Below, piece by piece: positions 55,826 to 64,000 of a stretch of DNA of 64,000 bases. Under the pieces are notes generated by a model that was given only the letters and a program-made list of their open reading frames with translations, was not told where the DNA came from and made no database searches. Source of the stretch: an uncultured Candidatus Saccharibacteria bacterium (GTDB lineage Bacteria; Patescibacteriota; Minisyncoccia; Phycocordibacterales; JAACPR01); assembly GCA_964630375.1 (NCBI GenBank), contig CAZVRT010000003.1, positions 41,972 through 105,971 of the forward strand. The letters are read 5' to 3'. The translations under genes were made by a program, and so were the position numbers. Positions within the stretch are counted from its first letter, which is position 1. Each line of letters starts with the position of its first letter.

Positions 55826-57589
55826 CTATTGATTTACATCAAGCACATCTCGTAATTCTTCTATCGAAATCTCATCTGAATTTTGAGCCGTATTTTGTGG
55901 CTTATTTTCAGGCTCATTTTGCTTATCATCTGTTTGATTATTTTCCGGTAAATTTCCCAAAACAGACGCCAGTGCATTTTTCAAGCTATTTTTATTCTCT
56001 TCACTAATTTTTTTTGGATCGTTTTGTACAACTTTTCTTTTCTCCAATTGCTTCAATGAAAGTCGCTCGTTTTCAATATCATTCAAATCATTTTCCCCTT
56101 CATCAATAATTTGTTTCTTCAAAGCCAACTCAAGCTCTCGTCGAGATTTTTCATCAATAACAGGTTTACTTCGTTCTTGTTTATTATCTTGATTCTGTTG
56201 ATTGTTTTTTTGAAAATTATTATTTGATTGATTATTATTCTTTGATTTATTTTGTGATTTCTTATTTTCAGATTTTTTACTGTCATTATTTTCTTCACGA
56301 CCAGATTCCAAAAGTTCTCGAACTCTTTTTTCAACCTCATCTCTTGGTTTTGCATAAGTCTGTCTTGAAGCCTCAATAATTTCTTGAACATAATTTACAT
56401 CTCCCTTTGCAATCGGTGGCAAAGTTTTTGCAGAAAAAGGTTGCGAACCAATTCCGTCAATCATCAAACGAAGATAAATTTGCGTAAACCCTAAGTTAAC
56501 AATATCTTCCGCTAAAAATACCGGGGCAAATTCTTTTTCTATATATTCCGCATCTGCCGCACCAACTCTAAAACTAACGAAAGTCCCGACGTTTCCAAAA
56601 ACAGCCGAACGCACTTCTTCCGGCATCTGATCAATGTATTGGTGAGTAATTGTAAGATTCAATTTATACTTTCTAGCTTCAGACAAAATATCTGCAAAAG
56701 ATTCGTTAGCAAAAGACTGAAACTCATCCACAAAAAGATAGAAGTTTGGAAGCTTAGCAAGAGTAGCCTCATCAGCATCAGCACGACTCATTGCTGCAAG
56801 ATAAATTTTTGTCACAATCATACTTCCAAGAAGCTGTGCATTTACTTCACCAACTCTTCCTTTTGATAAGTTGATAATCACAATTTTTCTTTCATCCATC
56901 AACTCACGAATATCAAAACTAGATTTTGGTTGCCCAACAATATTTCTAATCAATGGATTTGAAGTAAATTGTCCAATCTTATTTTGAATAGCGGGCGTAG
57001 CTTCTGCGGCAAATCTGTCGGTATATTTTGCAAACTCATCAACCCAAAAAGACTTCACCGACATATCAGTAATATTTTCAACAACTTTTTCTCGAAAACT
57101 TTTATCAGAAAGCATTTTGTTTACCGAAAGCAAAGTTGAGTCTGGATATTCCAAAAGTGCCAACAAAGTGTTTGAGAGAATGTACTCCATTCTGGCTGAC
57201 CATGCATCTTGCCAAATCTTTTTAAAAGTCGACATCAAACCTGAAACAACAAGGTGTCGTTTGTCATATCCAACATCTTCCATCACGTTAAAAGAAATCG
57301 GATAATCTGTATCGAAAGGAGCAAAATACAAAACATCTTTTATTCTTTCCTTTGGCACATATTCCAAAAGCAAATCAGCTGTTTTTCCGTGAGGGTCAAT
57401 AAAGCAAACCCCATTTCCATTTTTCAAATCTTGAACAGCAATATTTTCAAGCAAAGTAGATTTACCCATACCAGTCTTTCCTATTACATACATGTGTCGC
57501 GAACGATCTTTTGCTTTTATTCCAAACGGAATCCGTTTGTTTCGCGCATCAGTTTCTGCAAAGTATGAAATTTGTTCTGGGTTTTCCAT
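55826..57589 (-). CDS. P-loop NTPase of the VirD4/TraD/DUF87 (HerA-like) type with an Asn/Lys/Gln-rich C-terminal tail
   Basis: Start taken at MENPEQ. Walker A VIGKTGMGKSTLL, Walker B YLFVDEFQSF. No N-terminal TM. The roughly 150-aa tail is low-complexity K/N/Q/E-rich. Confidence 0.4.
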   Translation of the reverse strand: MENPEQISYFAETDARNKRIPFGIKAKDRSRHMYVIGKTGMGKSTLLENIAVQDLKNGNGVCFIDPHGKTADLLLEYVPKERIKDVLYFAPFDTDYPISFNVMEDVGYDKRHLVVSGLMSTFKKIWQDAWSARMEYILSNTLLALLEYPDSTLLSVNKMLSDKSFREKVVENITDMSVKSFWVDEFAKYTDRFAAEATPAIQNKIGQFTSNPLIRNIVGQPKSSFDIRELMDERKIVIINLSKGRVGEVNAQLLGSMIVTKIYLAAMSRADADEATLAKLPNFYLFVDEFQSFANESFADILSEARKYKLNLTITHQYIDQMPEEVRSAVFGNVGTFVSFRVGAADAEYIEKEFAPVFLAEDIVNLGFTQIYLRLMIDGIGSQPFSAKTLPPIAKGDVNYVQEIIEASRQTYAKPRDEVEKRVRELLESGREENNDSKKSENKKSQNKSKNNNQSNNNFQKNNQQNQDNKQERSKPVIDEKSRRELELALKKQIIDEGENDLNDIENERLSLKQLEKRKVVQNDPKKISEENKNSLKNALASVLGNLPENNQTDDKQNEPENKPQNTAQNSDEISIEELRDVLDVNQ

Positions 57590-57621
57590 CTCATTAATTA
57601 TATCAAACAAGTAAAAAATAG

Positions 57622-58809
57622 TTGAGCTTGATAAATGATATAATCGTAAACATGAATGGAGGAAAAGTAAGATTACTTGGTTTGACAACATATATGCCAG
57701 ATGTAGCATTTTTATCAATTGATGAGTTTATTAAAAAATACACCAGCAATAATAATGGAAATTTGGTATACACTTATGCTTTGGCACAAATATTAGACAT
57801 AGGACCAATGTCAATTAGATGGCGTCGTTTCTCAAAAGAACAGTATCCTGAAGTTGAGATTTTGATTTTACCTTTAGCAAACCAGCTTGGATCCCACATA
57901 GATTTAAGCGACATTGCAGAAGCGTTCAAAAAAATTGATATTCCAATAGTTGCAGTAGGGCTTGGATATCAATGTTCATTTGATGGGATTGAACCTAAAG
58001 ACATTCCACAAGGTACATGGAATTGGTTTGATGAAATTACCAAGCATGCTCAAGGCAATAATCCAAACATATCTTTAAGAGGACAAGGAACTTATGATTT
58101 GATATCAAAACGTAATAAAGAAAAACATTGCATAGTGACAGGCTGCCCTTCAAATTTTATAAATCCGTCGACAAACTTAGGGTTTGAAATTTCAAAAAAA
58201 GAAATTCCCGATAACCCAAGATTTGCTGTTGCTGCTGGAAACCCTTATCACGTTGATTTTAAACCTATAGAACAATCATTAGTTAAAATGGTAAACGAAT
58301 CAGACGGATTATACATATGCCAAAATCCGGAAGTATTTATGAAACTTTCAAGACAAGAAATAGATAGCATTCCTAAAAAAGAATACATAGCCGCAAAATC
58401 TTACTTGTCCCCATCATCAACAAAAGAAGAATTTGAACGTTGGTTTAAAAATAAATCTCATGTTTTTTTTGATGTACCAGAATGGTTGGAAACAATAAAG
58501 CGATTTGATATTGTAGTCGGAGCAAGAATCCATGGAACATTAATTGGGATACAAGCTGGGATACCTTCATTGTGTATATGCACAGATTCTAGAACACTTG
58601 AACTATGTCAAATAATGCATATCCCACACATTAACGCTCGAAATTATTTAAATGGAATAACCAAAGAAGAAATTATAAAAATTATTCGAGATTGGGATTG
58701 GCAAAAATATGATGAAACTAGAAAACACCTAGCTTCAATACTATTGGATTTCTTTGAAAAAAATAATGTACCTGTAGCAAACTATTTCCGAGAAATTGCC
58801 ACATCTTAA
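57622..58809 (+). CDS. Polysaccharide pyruvyl transferase-like protein
   Basis: GNPYHVDF and ARIHGTLIGIQAGIPSL resemble the CsaB/WcaK pyruvyl transferase core. The true start may be MNGGK, 10 codons in. Confidence 0.45.
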   Translation: MSLINDIIVNMNGGKVRLLGLTTYMPDVAFLSIDEFIKKYTSNNNGNLVYTYALAQILDIGPMSIRWRRFSKEQYPEVEILILPLANQLGSHIDLSDIAEAFKKIDIPIVAVGLGYQCSFDGIEPKDIPQGTWNWFDEITKHAQGNNPNISLRGQGTYDLISKRNKEKHCIVTGCPSNFINPSTNLGFEISKKEIPDNPRFAVAAGNPYHVDFKPIEQSLVKMVNESDGLYICQNPEVFMKLSRQEIDSIPKKEYIAAKSYLSPSSTKEEFERWFKNKSHVFFDVPEWLETIKRFDIVVGARIHGTLIGIQAGIPSLCICTDSRTLELCQIMHIPHINARNYLNGITKEEIIKIIRDWDWQKYDETRKHLASILLDFFEKNNVPVANYFREIATS

Positions 58810-58825
58810 TATTTAATTAAATACT

Positions 58826-60088
58826 TTATTGATTCAACAAAGCTCCTCTTGTATAAATGTTTGAAGGTGCCCAAATCATCCAAGAAGTTAGTCCAACATC
58901 GTAAGTAGCTTGAATCTGATCACGCACTTCTTTTGGACCATAATCTCCTCCATAATCAAAATCTTGAATCCAAGTTCGTAATTGTTGCTTATCTAATTTC
59001 TCACGAATATATTCTGGAGTTGTTGAAGAATTTTTCATTTCTTCAACACGACGAACACCTGAACCCATAACAAAATGAATCAATTCGTAAACATGGTGAT
59101 TTGGATTTGACCAACCATTAAATCCATTTGGATAGTGAGATGGATAAACCATCGGTGCAACATAATCAAAGTACGGAAGAGTTCTTTCCAAAACTTGTCC
59201 GATATTTAAATCATCTGTATTTGTTGTTGTCATACCAAACAAGTCGGCAGAAATGATTGGTCGCTTTGATGAATCAGCGGGAATATCTCCACGCAATTCT
59301 TTATCTAAAAATTTGAAAAATTCTTCCAAAGCAACTTGCTTCCCTTTCGCTCCGTTTGCGACAATAATATCGTTTGAATGCTCAAAGAAAATATCCTTCA
59401 TATTTCCATCTGACGGAAATCGAACATAATCAAAATTTAATTCATCAAAACCAATTTCGTAAGTCTCTCGAGATAATTCCAAAATGTAATCCCAATATCT
59501 TTTTGCACCAACGTCAACAAAAGATAGTCCCTTGTAATCTTTCCACACCCCTCTATCACTTGCTCTTTTCACAGCATCTTCAGGATGATTTTTTGTATAG
59601 AAAGGATCTTGAAAAACAGTAATTCGAGCTATCACAAAAATTCCTTTCTCATGAAGTTGTGCGATAAATTCTTTCATATCAGAAGTTCCACAATTTGCTG
59701 CTTGCCAAGCTGGTTTCAATCTTTCGCTTTGTGGTGAAAATGAAATTGTTCCAGAAAAATCTTTAACATCAATCACAACAGAGTTAACTTCTGTTGTATC
59801 AATCAAATCCACAAGTCTTTGACGAAAATCCTTTGTTCCAACAACACAAGAAGTCATATAAATTGCTTTTACCGAATCAGGCAAAGGAACATGTTTTACA
59901 ACTTCTTTTGGTTGCTCTTTCTTTTCTTCTACAACTTCGCCGTTCTCATCATTCAAAACAATATTTTTGTCATAACTAGTCGCAAAAATTTTTGGACCTA
60001 AAAACAAGAGGGCGAATAAAATAAAAAACACAAAAACTAAAGCAACGATAATTACAATATTATTTTTATTTTTATTTTTTTGAGGCAT
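58826..60088 (-). CDS. Putative glycoside hydrolase (GHL10/DUF4015 TIM-barrel-like), membrane-anchored
   Basis: N-terminal TM, then VKAIYMTSCVVG..VNSVVIDVKD...GFDELNFDYVRFP, typical of DUF4015. Confidence 0.5.
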   Translation of the reverse strand: MPQKNKNKNNIVIIVALVFVFFILFALLFLGPKIFATSYDKNIVLNDENGEVVEEKKEQPKEVVKHVPLPDSVKAIYMTSCVVGTKDFRQRLVDLIDTTEVNSVVIDVKDFSGTISFSPQSERLKPAWQAANCGTSDMKEFIAQLHEKGIFVIARITVFQDPFYTKNHPEDAVKRASDRGVWKDYKGLSFVDVGAKRYWDYILELSRETYEIGFDELNFDYVRFPSDGNMKDIFFEHSNDIIVANGAKGKQVALEEFFKFLDKELRGDIPADSSKRPIISADLFGMTTTNTDDLNIGQVLERTLPYFDYVAPMVYPSHYPNGFNGWSNPNHHVYELIHFVMGSGVRRVEEMKNSSTTPEYIREKLDKQQLRTWIQDFDYGGDYGPKEVRDQIQATYDVGLTSWMIWAPSNIYTRGALLNQ

Positions 60089-60248
60089 TATATTTTTTAA
60101 CCTGACTTCTGATAAATAACGCCTGCGATGTTAAGAACATTCCAACTATGAATAAAATTATTTCTTTCCAAAAAAGAGGCACCCCGATAAATGGTAACAA
60201 AATTAAAATTAAGCCTATCCATAAAAGCGAATTATAACCACCTATCAT
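60072..60248 (-). CDS. Possible 58-aa two-TM small membrane protein (not in the track)
   Basis: My own translation: MIGGYNSLLWIGLILILLPFIGVPLFWKEIILFIVGMFLTSQALFIRSQVKKYNASKK. It overlaps the next gene's start by 17 nt. Confidence 0.2.
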   Translation of the reverse strand: MIGGYNSLLWIGLILILLPFIGVPLFWKEIILFIVGMFLTSQALFIRSQVKKYNASKK

Positions 60249-60268
60249 GTAGTTATTATAAACACTTT

Positions 60269-60943
60269 TTATTCAGAAACAATCACAACAAACTCTCCCC
60301 GAACTTCGTCTGGGTTTTCATCATAGTATTGCAAAACTTCTGCTGGTCTTCCACGAGTCAGAGTTTCATAAATTTTTGTAATTTCTCGAGCGATAGTAAT
60401 ATTTTTTTCCGGACAATGCTTTGCCAGTGATTCTAAAGTTTTCAATATTCGGTGCGGAGATTCATAAAAAACTTTTGTAGTCTCAGATGCGGCGATTTCT
60501 TTGAAAATGGTTTCTCGGCCTTTTTTATGAGGCAAAAAACCTAAAAACTCAAATCGAGCACTCGGTGCCCCAGCAACAGAAATCGCCGCCGTCAACGCAC
60601 TTGCTCCAGGAACAGCCAAAACTCTAGCACTTTCAACTCTTTTATAAATCTCAGAAACAAGCTGAACTCCTGGATCAGAAATCGCAGGAGTCCCAGCATC
60701 AGAAACCAAAGCCAAATTCTTCCCCTCCTCAAGAAGTTCAAGAATTTTTTCTAGTTTGGTTAATTTTGAATTCGCATGATATGAAATTGTTGGAGTTTTA
60801 ATATCATAATGCGACAAAAGTTTTTTTGTAACTCGTGTATCTTCACACAAAACAAAATCTACTTCGCTCAAAACACGAATTGCTCTCAAAGTAATATCTT
60901 CTAAATTCCCAATCGGGGTCGCAACGACATATAGAGTGGACAT
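60269..60943 (-). CDS. rsmI: 16S rRNA (cytidine1402-2'-O)-methyltransferase
   Basis: Tetrapyrrole-methylase fold; LYVVATPIGNLEDITLRAIRVLSEVDFVLCEDTR. Confidence 0.85.
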   Translation of the reverse strand: MSTLYVVATPIGNLEDITLRAIRVLSEVDFVLCEDTRVTKKLLSHYDIKTPTISYHANSKLTKLEKILELLEEGKNLALVSDAGTPAISDPGVQLVSEIYKRVESARVLAVPGASALTAAISVAGAPSARFEFLGFLPHKKGRETIFKEIAASETTKVFYESPHRILKTLESLAKHCPEKNITIAREITKIYETLTRGRPAEVLQYYDENPDEVRGEFVVIVSE

Positions 60944-60959
60944 ACAATGAGATTATACT

Positions 60960-62360
60960 CTATTTACTCAAAGCTTGTGCAACAGTAACCACGTTTACAT
61001 CAAATGAGTTTTTATCTTCATCATCTGAGTTCACAACAACAATTCTATCTTCTTGTGAAAGCTCAATTTGTGACAAACCTTTTTTCAACAAATCCGCACA
61101 TGAACTACCTTCAACAAATTTTGAGTGAACACCGTATGACATTCGCAATGATCGCACAACTCTCTTATCTGAAGAAAATGCAAAAATTGGAGTATCTGGT
61201 CGAAATACTGAAAGCACTTGTGCGATTTTTGCATCTACACAAGGAACAACGATTGCTTTTGCATCTGAAGCATCAGCAGTAAATACAACAGACTCAGCAA
61301 CAACATGCAATGGATGTGTTGAGAAAGGTCTAGCTTCAGTGAAGTTTAATTCTCCTCGGTGCGCTTCTGTATTTTTCATAATTCGTGACATTGCATTCAC
61401 AGCTTCCAAAGGATATTTACCATAAGCTGTTTCACCTGACATAGAAACAGAGTCTGCTCCGTCCAAAATAGAGTTAGCAATATCTGAAACCTCAGCTCGT
61501 GTTGGTCGCGGGTTTTCGATCATTGTGTGCAAAGCTTGAGTTGCAACAATCGCAATTTTCCCGTGTTGAATTGCTTTTTCAACCATAATTTTTTGCATAA
61601 AAGGAACTTCTTCAAATGGAACTTCTACTCCTAAGTCTCCTCGAGCAACCATCAGTCCTTCACAGTTTTCTAAAATTTCATCAATGTTTTCAAAACCTTC
61701 TCGGTTTTCAATTTTTGCAATAATTTTTACTCCGTGGTTTTCATATTGATTCAAAATTTCTTTAATTTCATCAATATCTTTTTTGTTTCTTACAAATGAG
61801 TGAGTGATGTAATCGATTTCATTTTTTGCACAGAAATGCACAAAGCCTTTATCTTTTTCAGAAAGAGCCGGTAATTCAATATGAACTCCTGGAATGTTAA
61901 TACTTTTTTTGTTTTTAATTTTTCCGTCGTTTCCTGCAACACAAATTAGTTTTGTTCCTTCAATAGATTTTACATTACATGCGAATTCTCCATCATCAAT
62001 TAGAATCATTGTCCCAACTGGAACTTCTGCTGCAAGATTTTCATAAGCTGCAAAAACAACTTTGTCTCCTGTTACAGAAAGATCTCCAGTGATAATAAAT
62101 TCTTCACCAGCCTTAACCTCGATTGGTTCTTCGATATTTTTTGTTCGAATTTCCGGACCTTTTGTATCGATCAAAACTGGAACTTCATCTGAAAATTCTC
62201 TAACTTTTTTCAAAACTTCCAAAGTTGCAGCTTCGTCTTGGTGAGCGGTGTTAAACCATGCAACATCTACCCCAGTATCAAAAAGAGCCTTGATAAAATC
62301 TGGTTCAGCGTTGTTATCAGCAATTTTTCCTACAATCTTCGCATTTCGTAATGTGTTCAT
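60960..62360 (-). CDS. pyk: Pyruvate kinase
   Basis: IVGKIADN..., VPVLIDTKGPEIRT, MVARGDLGVE. Confidence 0.9.
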   Translation of the reverse strand: MNTLRNAKIVGKIADNNAEPDFIKALFDTGVDVAWFNTAHQDEAATLEVLKKVREFSDEVPVLIDTKGPEIRTKNIEEPIEVKAGEEFIITGDLSVTGDKVVFAAYENLAAEVPVGTMILIDDGEFACNVKSIEGTKLICVAGNDGKIKNKKSINIPGVHIELPALSEKDKGFVHFCAKNEIDYITHSFVRNKKDIDEIKEILNQYENHGVKIIAKIENREGFENIDEILENCEGLMVARGDLGVEVPFEEVPFMQKIMVEKAIQHGKIAIVATQALHTMIENPRPTRAEVSDIANSILDGADSVSMSGETAYGKYPLEAVNAMSRIMKNTEAHRGELNFTEARPFSTHPLHVVAESVVFTADASDAKAIVVPCVDAKIAQVLSVFRPDTPIFAFSSDKRVVRSLRMSYGVHSKFVEGSSCADLLKKGLSQIELSQEDRIVVVNSDDEDKNSFDVNVVTVAQALSK

Positions 62361-62414
62361 ATATCCATTGAATTAATTTAAATTAAGACTGCTAATTTAC
62401 CATAAATAAATAAA

Positions 62415-62446
62415 AAACCCAACGCCTGCGCCGCTGGGTTAAAAAA
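62415..62446 (-). terminator. Terminator after the kinase/nucleotidyltransferase gene
   Basis: aacccaacgcctgcgccgctgggtt, followed by a T-run on the minus strand. Confidence 0.45.
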
Positions 62447-62533
62447 TTTACCATTCTTCAGATTGTTCACCGCCAAAGTATGGGCGAGTATTGAAAATAA
62501 TCCACCTAAATCCAGAACTACATAAACAAAGCA

Positions 62534-63322
62534 CTATGTCAATTCACCTCTTTCTCTCAATTCTGCTCGCTTTTTTGTGGCAGAAACACTTTCTAATTCT
62601 TCTCCCAAAAATTCCTGTTCAATTTTATATCCGACAGTTCGCCCGTAAGTTATATGAACCAGATTCGGCACCAACTGAATTTTATAATCCACATCTTCTT
62701 CAAACTTATCCGCTAAATCAGCTCTAATACGCGAAGCAGCAGTCTCAAAATCAAAAGGATTATCGCCAACTCCCTGAACATCCCGAATCATCAGAAAAAC
62801 CTGACCTGTTTTTTCTATAGCTCTTTCAAACAAAGCTCGGTGCCCTTCATGCCAAGGTTGCCACCGACCAAGAAGTTGCGTCGTCGGAGATTTTGAATCC
62901 CAACCAGTTTTTAAAATTCTTTTTGAAATATAAGTCGACCAAAAATCTGCATTCTGACTCGTAATTCTAAAATCAAATTCTTCTGGCGCTGTAAAAATTT
63001 TATTCGTATCTTCAAATCGCCCTTCTGAAATTGTATCCAACCAAATCACAATATCCGGAGCAAAAATCTCACGGCTTTCTTTTGTTGGAGAAACAAAATC
63101 AGCTACAACAAAATTTCCCTTTTTAATTTCTTCATCAGCTAAATCACGCATTCTTTTAGCTTGTCTCAATCTTCCCTCTTCTGAAAAATCCCAATCGTTA
63201 AACTTCTCCCGAATTTTATCAGCATTTAAATGTACAGCATTTATTTTTGGAACAAATCTCTCAGCGAAATAAGTTTTTCCTGCACCAGGCAGTCCCATTA
63301 CAAGTATTTTCTTTGCACTCAT
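62534..63322 (-). CDS. Fusion of an N-terminal P-loop kinase and a C-terminal cytidylyltransferase-like (HxGH) nucleotidyltransferase
   Basis: Start at MSAKKILVMGLPGAGKTYF (Walker A). C-terminal GRWQPWHEGHRALF is the HxGH signature of the nucleotidyltransferase alpha/beta fold. Confidence 0.5.
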   Translation of the reverse strand: MSAKKILVMGLPGAGKTYFAERFVPKINAVHLNADKIREKFNDWDFSEEGRLRQAKRMRDLADEEIKKGNFVVADFVSPTKESREIFAPDIVIWLDTISEGRFEDTNKIFTAPEEFDFRITSQNADFWSTYISKRILKTGWDSKSPTTQLLGRWQPWHEGHRALFERAIEKTGQVFLMIRDVQGVGDNPFDFETAASRIRADLADKFEEDVDYKIQLVPNLVHITYGRTVGYKIEQEFLGEELESVSATKKRAELRERGELT

Positions 63323-63365
63323 TTTATTTATTTTTATTAATTTTAATTTGCCAAACAATAACTAA

Positions 63366-63400
63366 ACAAAAAGCCAGCTCCTGTTCAGCTGGCAATCTTT
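63366..63400 (-). terminator. Terminator after the epimerase gene
   Basis: gccagct cctgttc agctggc, followed by TTTTT on the minus strand. Confidence 0.6.
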
Positions 63401-63522
63401 TATATTTAAAAAATGAGGAGAAATTTTATACAAGAATACAAGCTAAACACAATTGTTTGCTTGTACAACAAGTATTATTTTTTGAAAAAATATTTTTCAT
63501 ATTTTTATTGAACAAAAGTATA

Positions 63523-64000
63523 CTATCGACTTTCAAACCATTCAATAGTCTTTTTCAACCCTTGTTCAAAGTTAAACTTCGGCTTGTATCCCAAAACTCT
63601 TTTGGCTTTAGAAATATCAGCACAAGTATGCTTCACATCAGCTGCACGATCAGGTCTTTTTTCCAAATCTAATTTCTGTCCAGTTATTTTTTCAATCATT
63701 TTTCTAACTTCATTCAAAGTTGTTCTTTCACCGTGTGCAATGTTGAAAGCATCTCCATTCAATTTCTTTTTAGATTTCATTGCCAAAATATTTGCATCTA
63801 CAACATTATCTATATAACAAAAATCTCTAGACTGACTTCCATTTCCTTCTATAAAACCTTTTTTATTTTTTGGAAAATAAAGTGATTCAAGCCAAGCTGC
63901 AATAACAGTTATATAAGCATCATCTCCATATTGACCAGGGCCAAAAACTGTAAAATATCTCAAACAAACTGTATCCAAGTCAGATATAGAACTAAAATTT
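63523..64000 (-). CDS. NAD-dependent epimerase/dehydratase, C-terminal part. The gene continues past the window end.
   Basis: YFTVFGPGQ...FIEGNGSQSRDFCYIDNVVDAN is typical of the SDR-extended UDP-sugar epimerase C-terminal half. The reading frame stays open to position 64000. Confidence 0.7.
   Translation of the reverse strand, partial: NFSSISDLDTVCLRYFTVFGPGQYGDDAYITVIAAWLESLYFPKNKKGFIEGNGSQSRDFCYIDNVVDANILAMKSKKKLNGDAFNIAHGERTTLNEVRKMIEKITGQKLDLEKRPDRAADVKHTCADISKAKRVLGYKPKFNFEQGLKKTIEWFESR

Overview
The window is AT-rich (about 30-35% GC by eye) and gene-dense, with most genes on the minus strand. The gene content fits a small-genome, low-GC bacterium such as a Candidate Phyla Radiation (Patescibacteria)-like organism; this is an inference from gene content only. 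I re-translated several regions myself because the ORF track omits ORFs truncated at the window edges and ORFs shorter than about 60 aa.

Main blocks, in order:
1. A type I restriction-modification locus (hsdM, hsdS, hsdR; hsdR is cut at the window start). It carries three insertions: an AlbA_2/HATPase_c_4 ATPase gene between hsdM and hsdS, a HEPN-motif gene in a PrrC-like position, and a RelE-like toxin paired with an HTH-Panacea antitoxin.
2. A secreted TIMP/NTR-like protein, a Nudix hydrolase, an SRPBCC protein, tRNA-Gln, pyrG, ftsEX, a short RF2, and tRNA-Thr.
3. A roughly 50% GC island beside tRNA-Thr that encodes a membrane-anchored SLT-like lytic transglycosylase.
4. A 1,304-aa cysteine-rich surface protein, an ABC exporter, a second RelE/Phd toxin-antitoxin pair, tRNA-Asp and tRNA-Met.
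5. An ECF sigma / anti-sigma pair and a peptidoglycan-binding surface protein.
6. An initiator tRNA-fMet gene interrupted by a 214-nt group I intron, with a free-standing LAGLIDADG homing endonuclease gene next to it on the opposite strand.
7. A gatA-gatC-ligA block, then a type IV pilus cluster (four pseudopilins, a prepilin peptidase, three pilins). Two of the pilin genes share a perfect 216-bp inverted repeat.
8. MYG1, secA, a 59-aa lysine-rich histone-like gene, and a 684-bp AT-rich intergenic region containing long hairpins.
9. A cell-surface glycan cluster (O-antigen ligase-like, Wzx, three SAM methyltransferases, four GT4 glycosyltransferases), then rsmI, pyk, a kinase-nucleotidyltransferase fusion and a partial epimerase.

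No CRISPR array or rRNA gene was seen.
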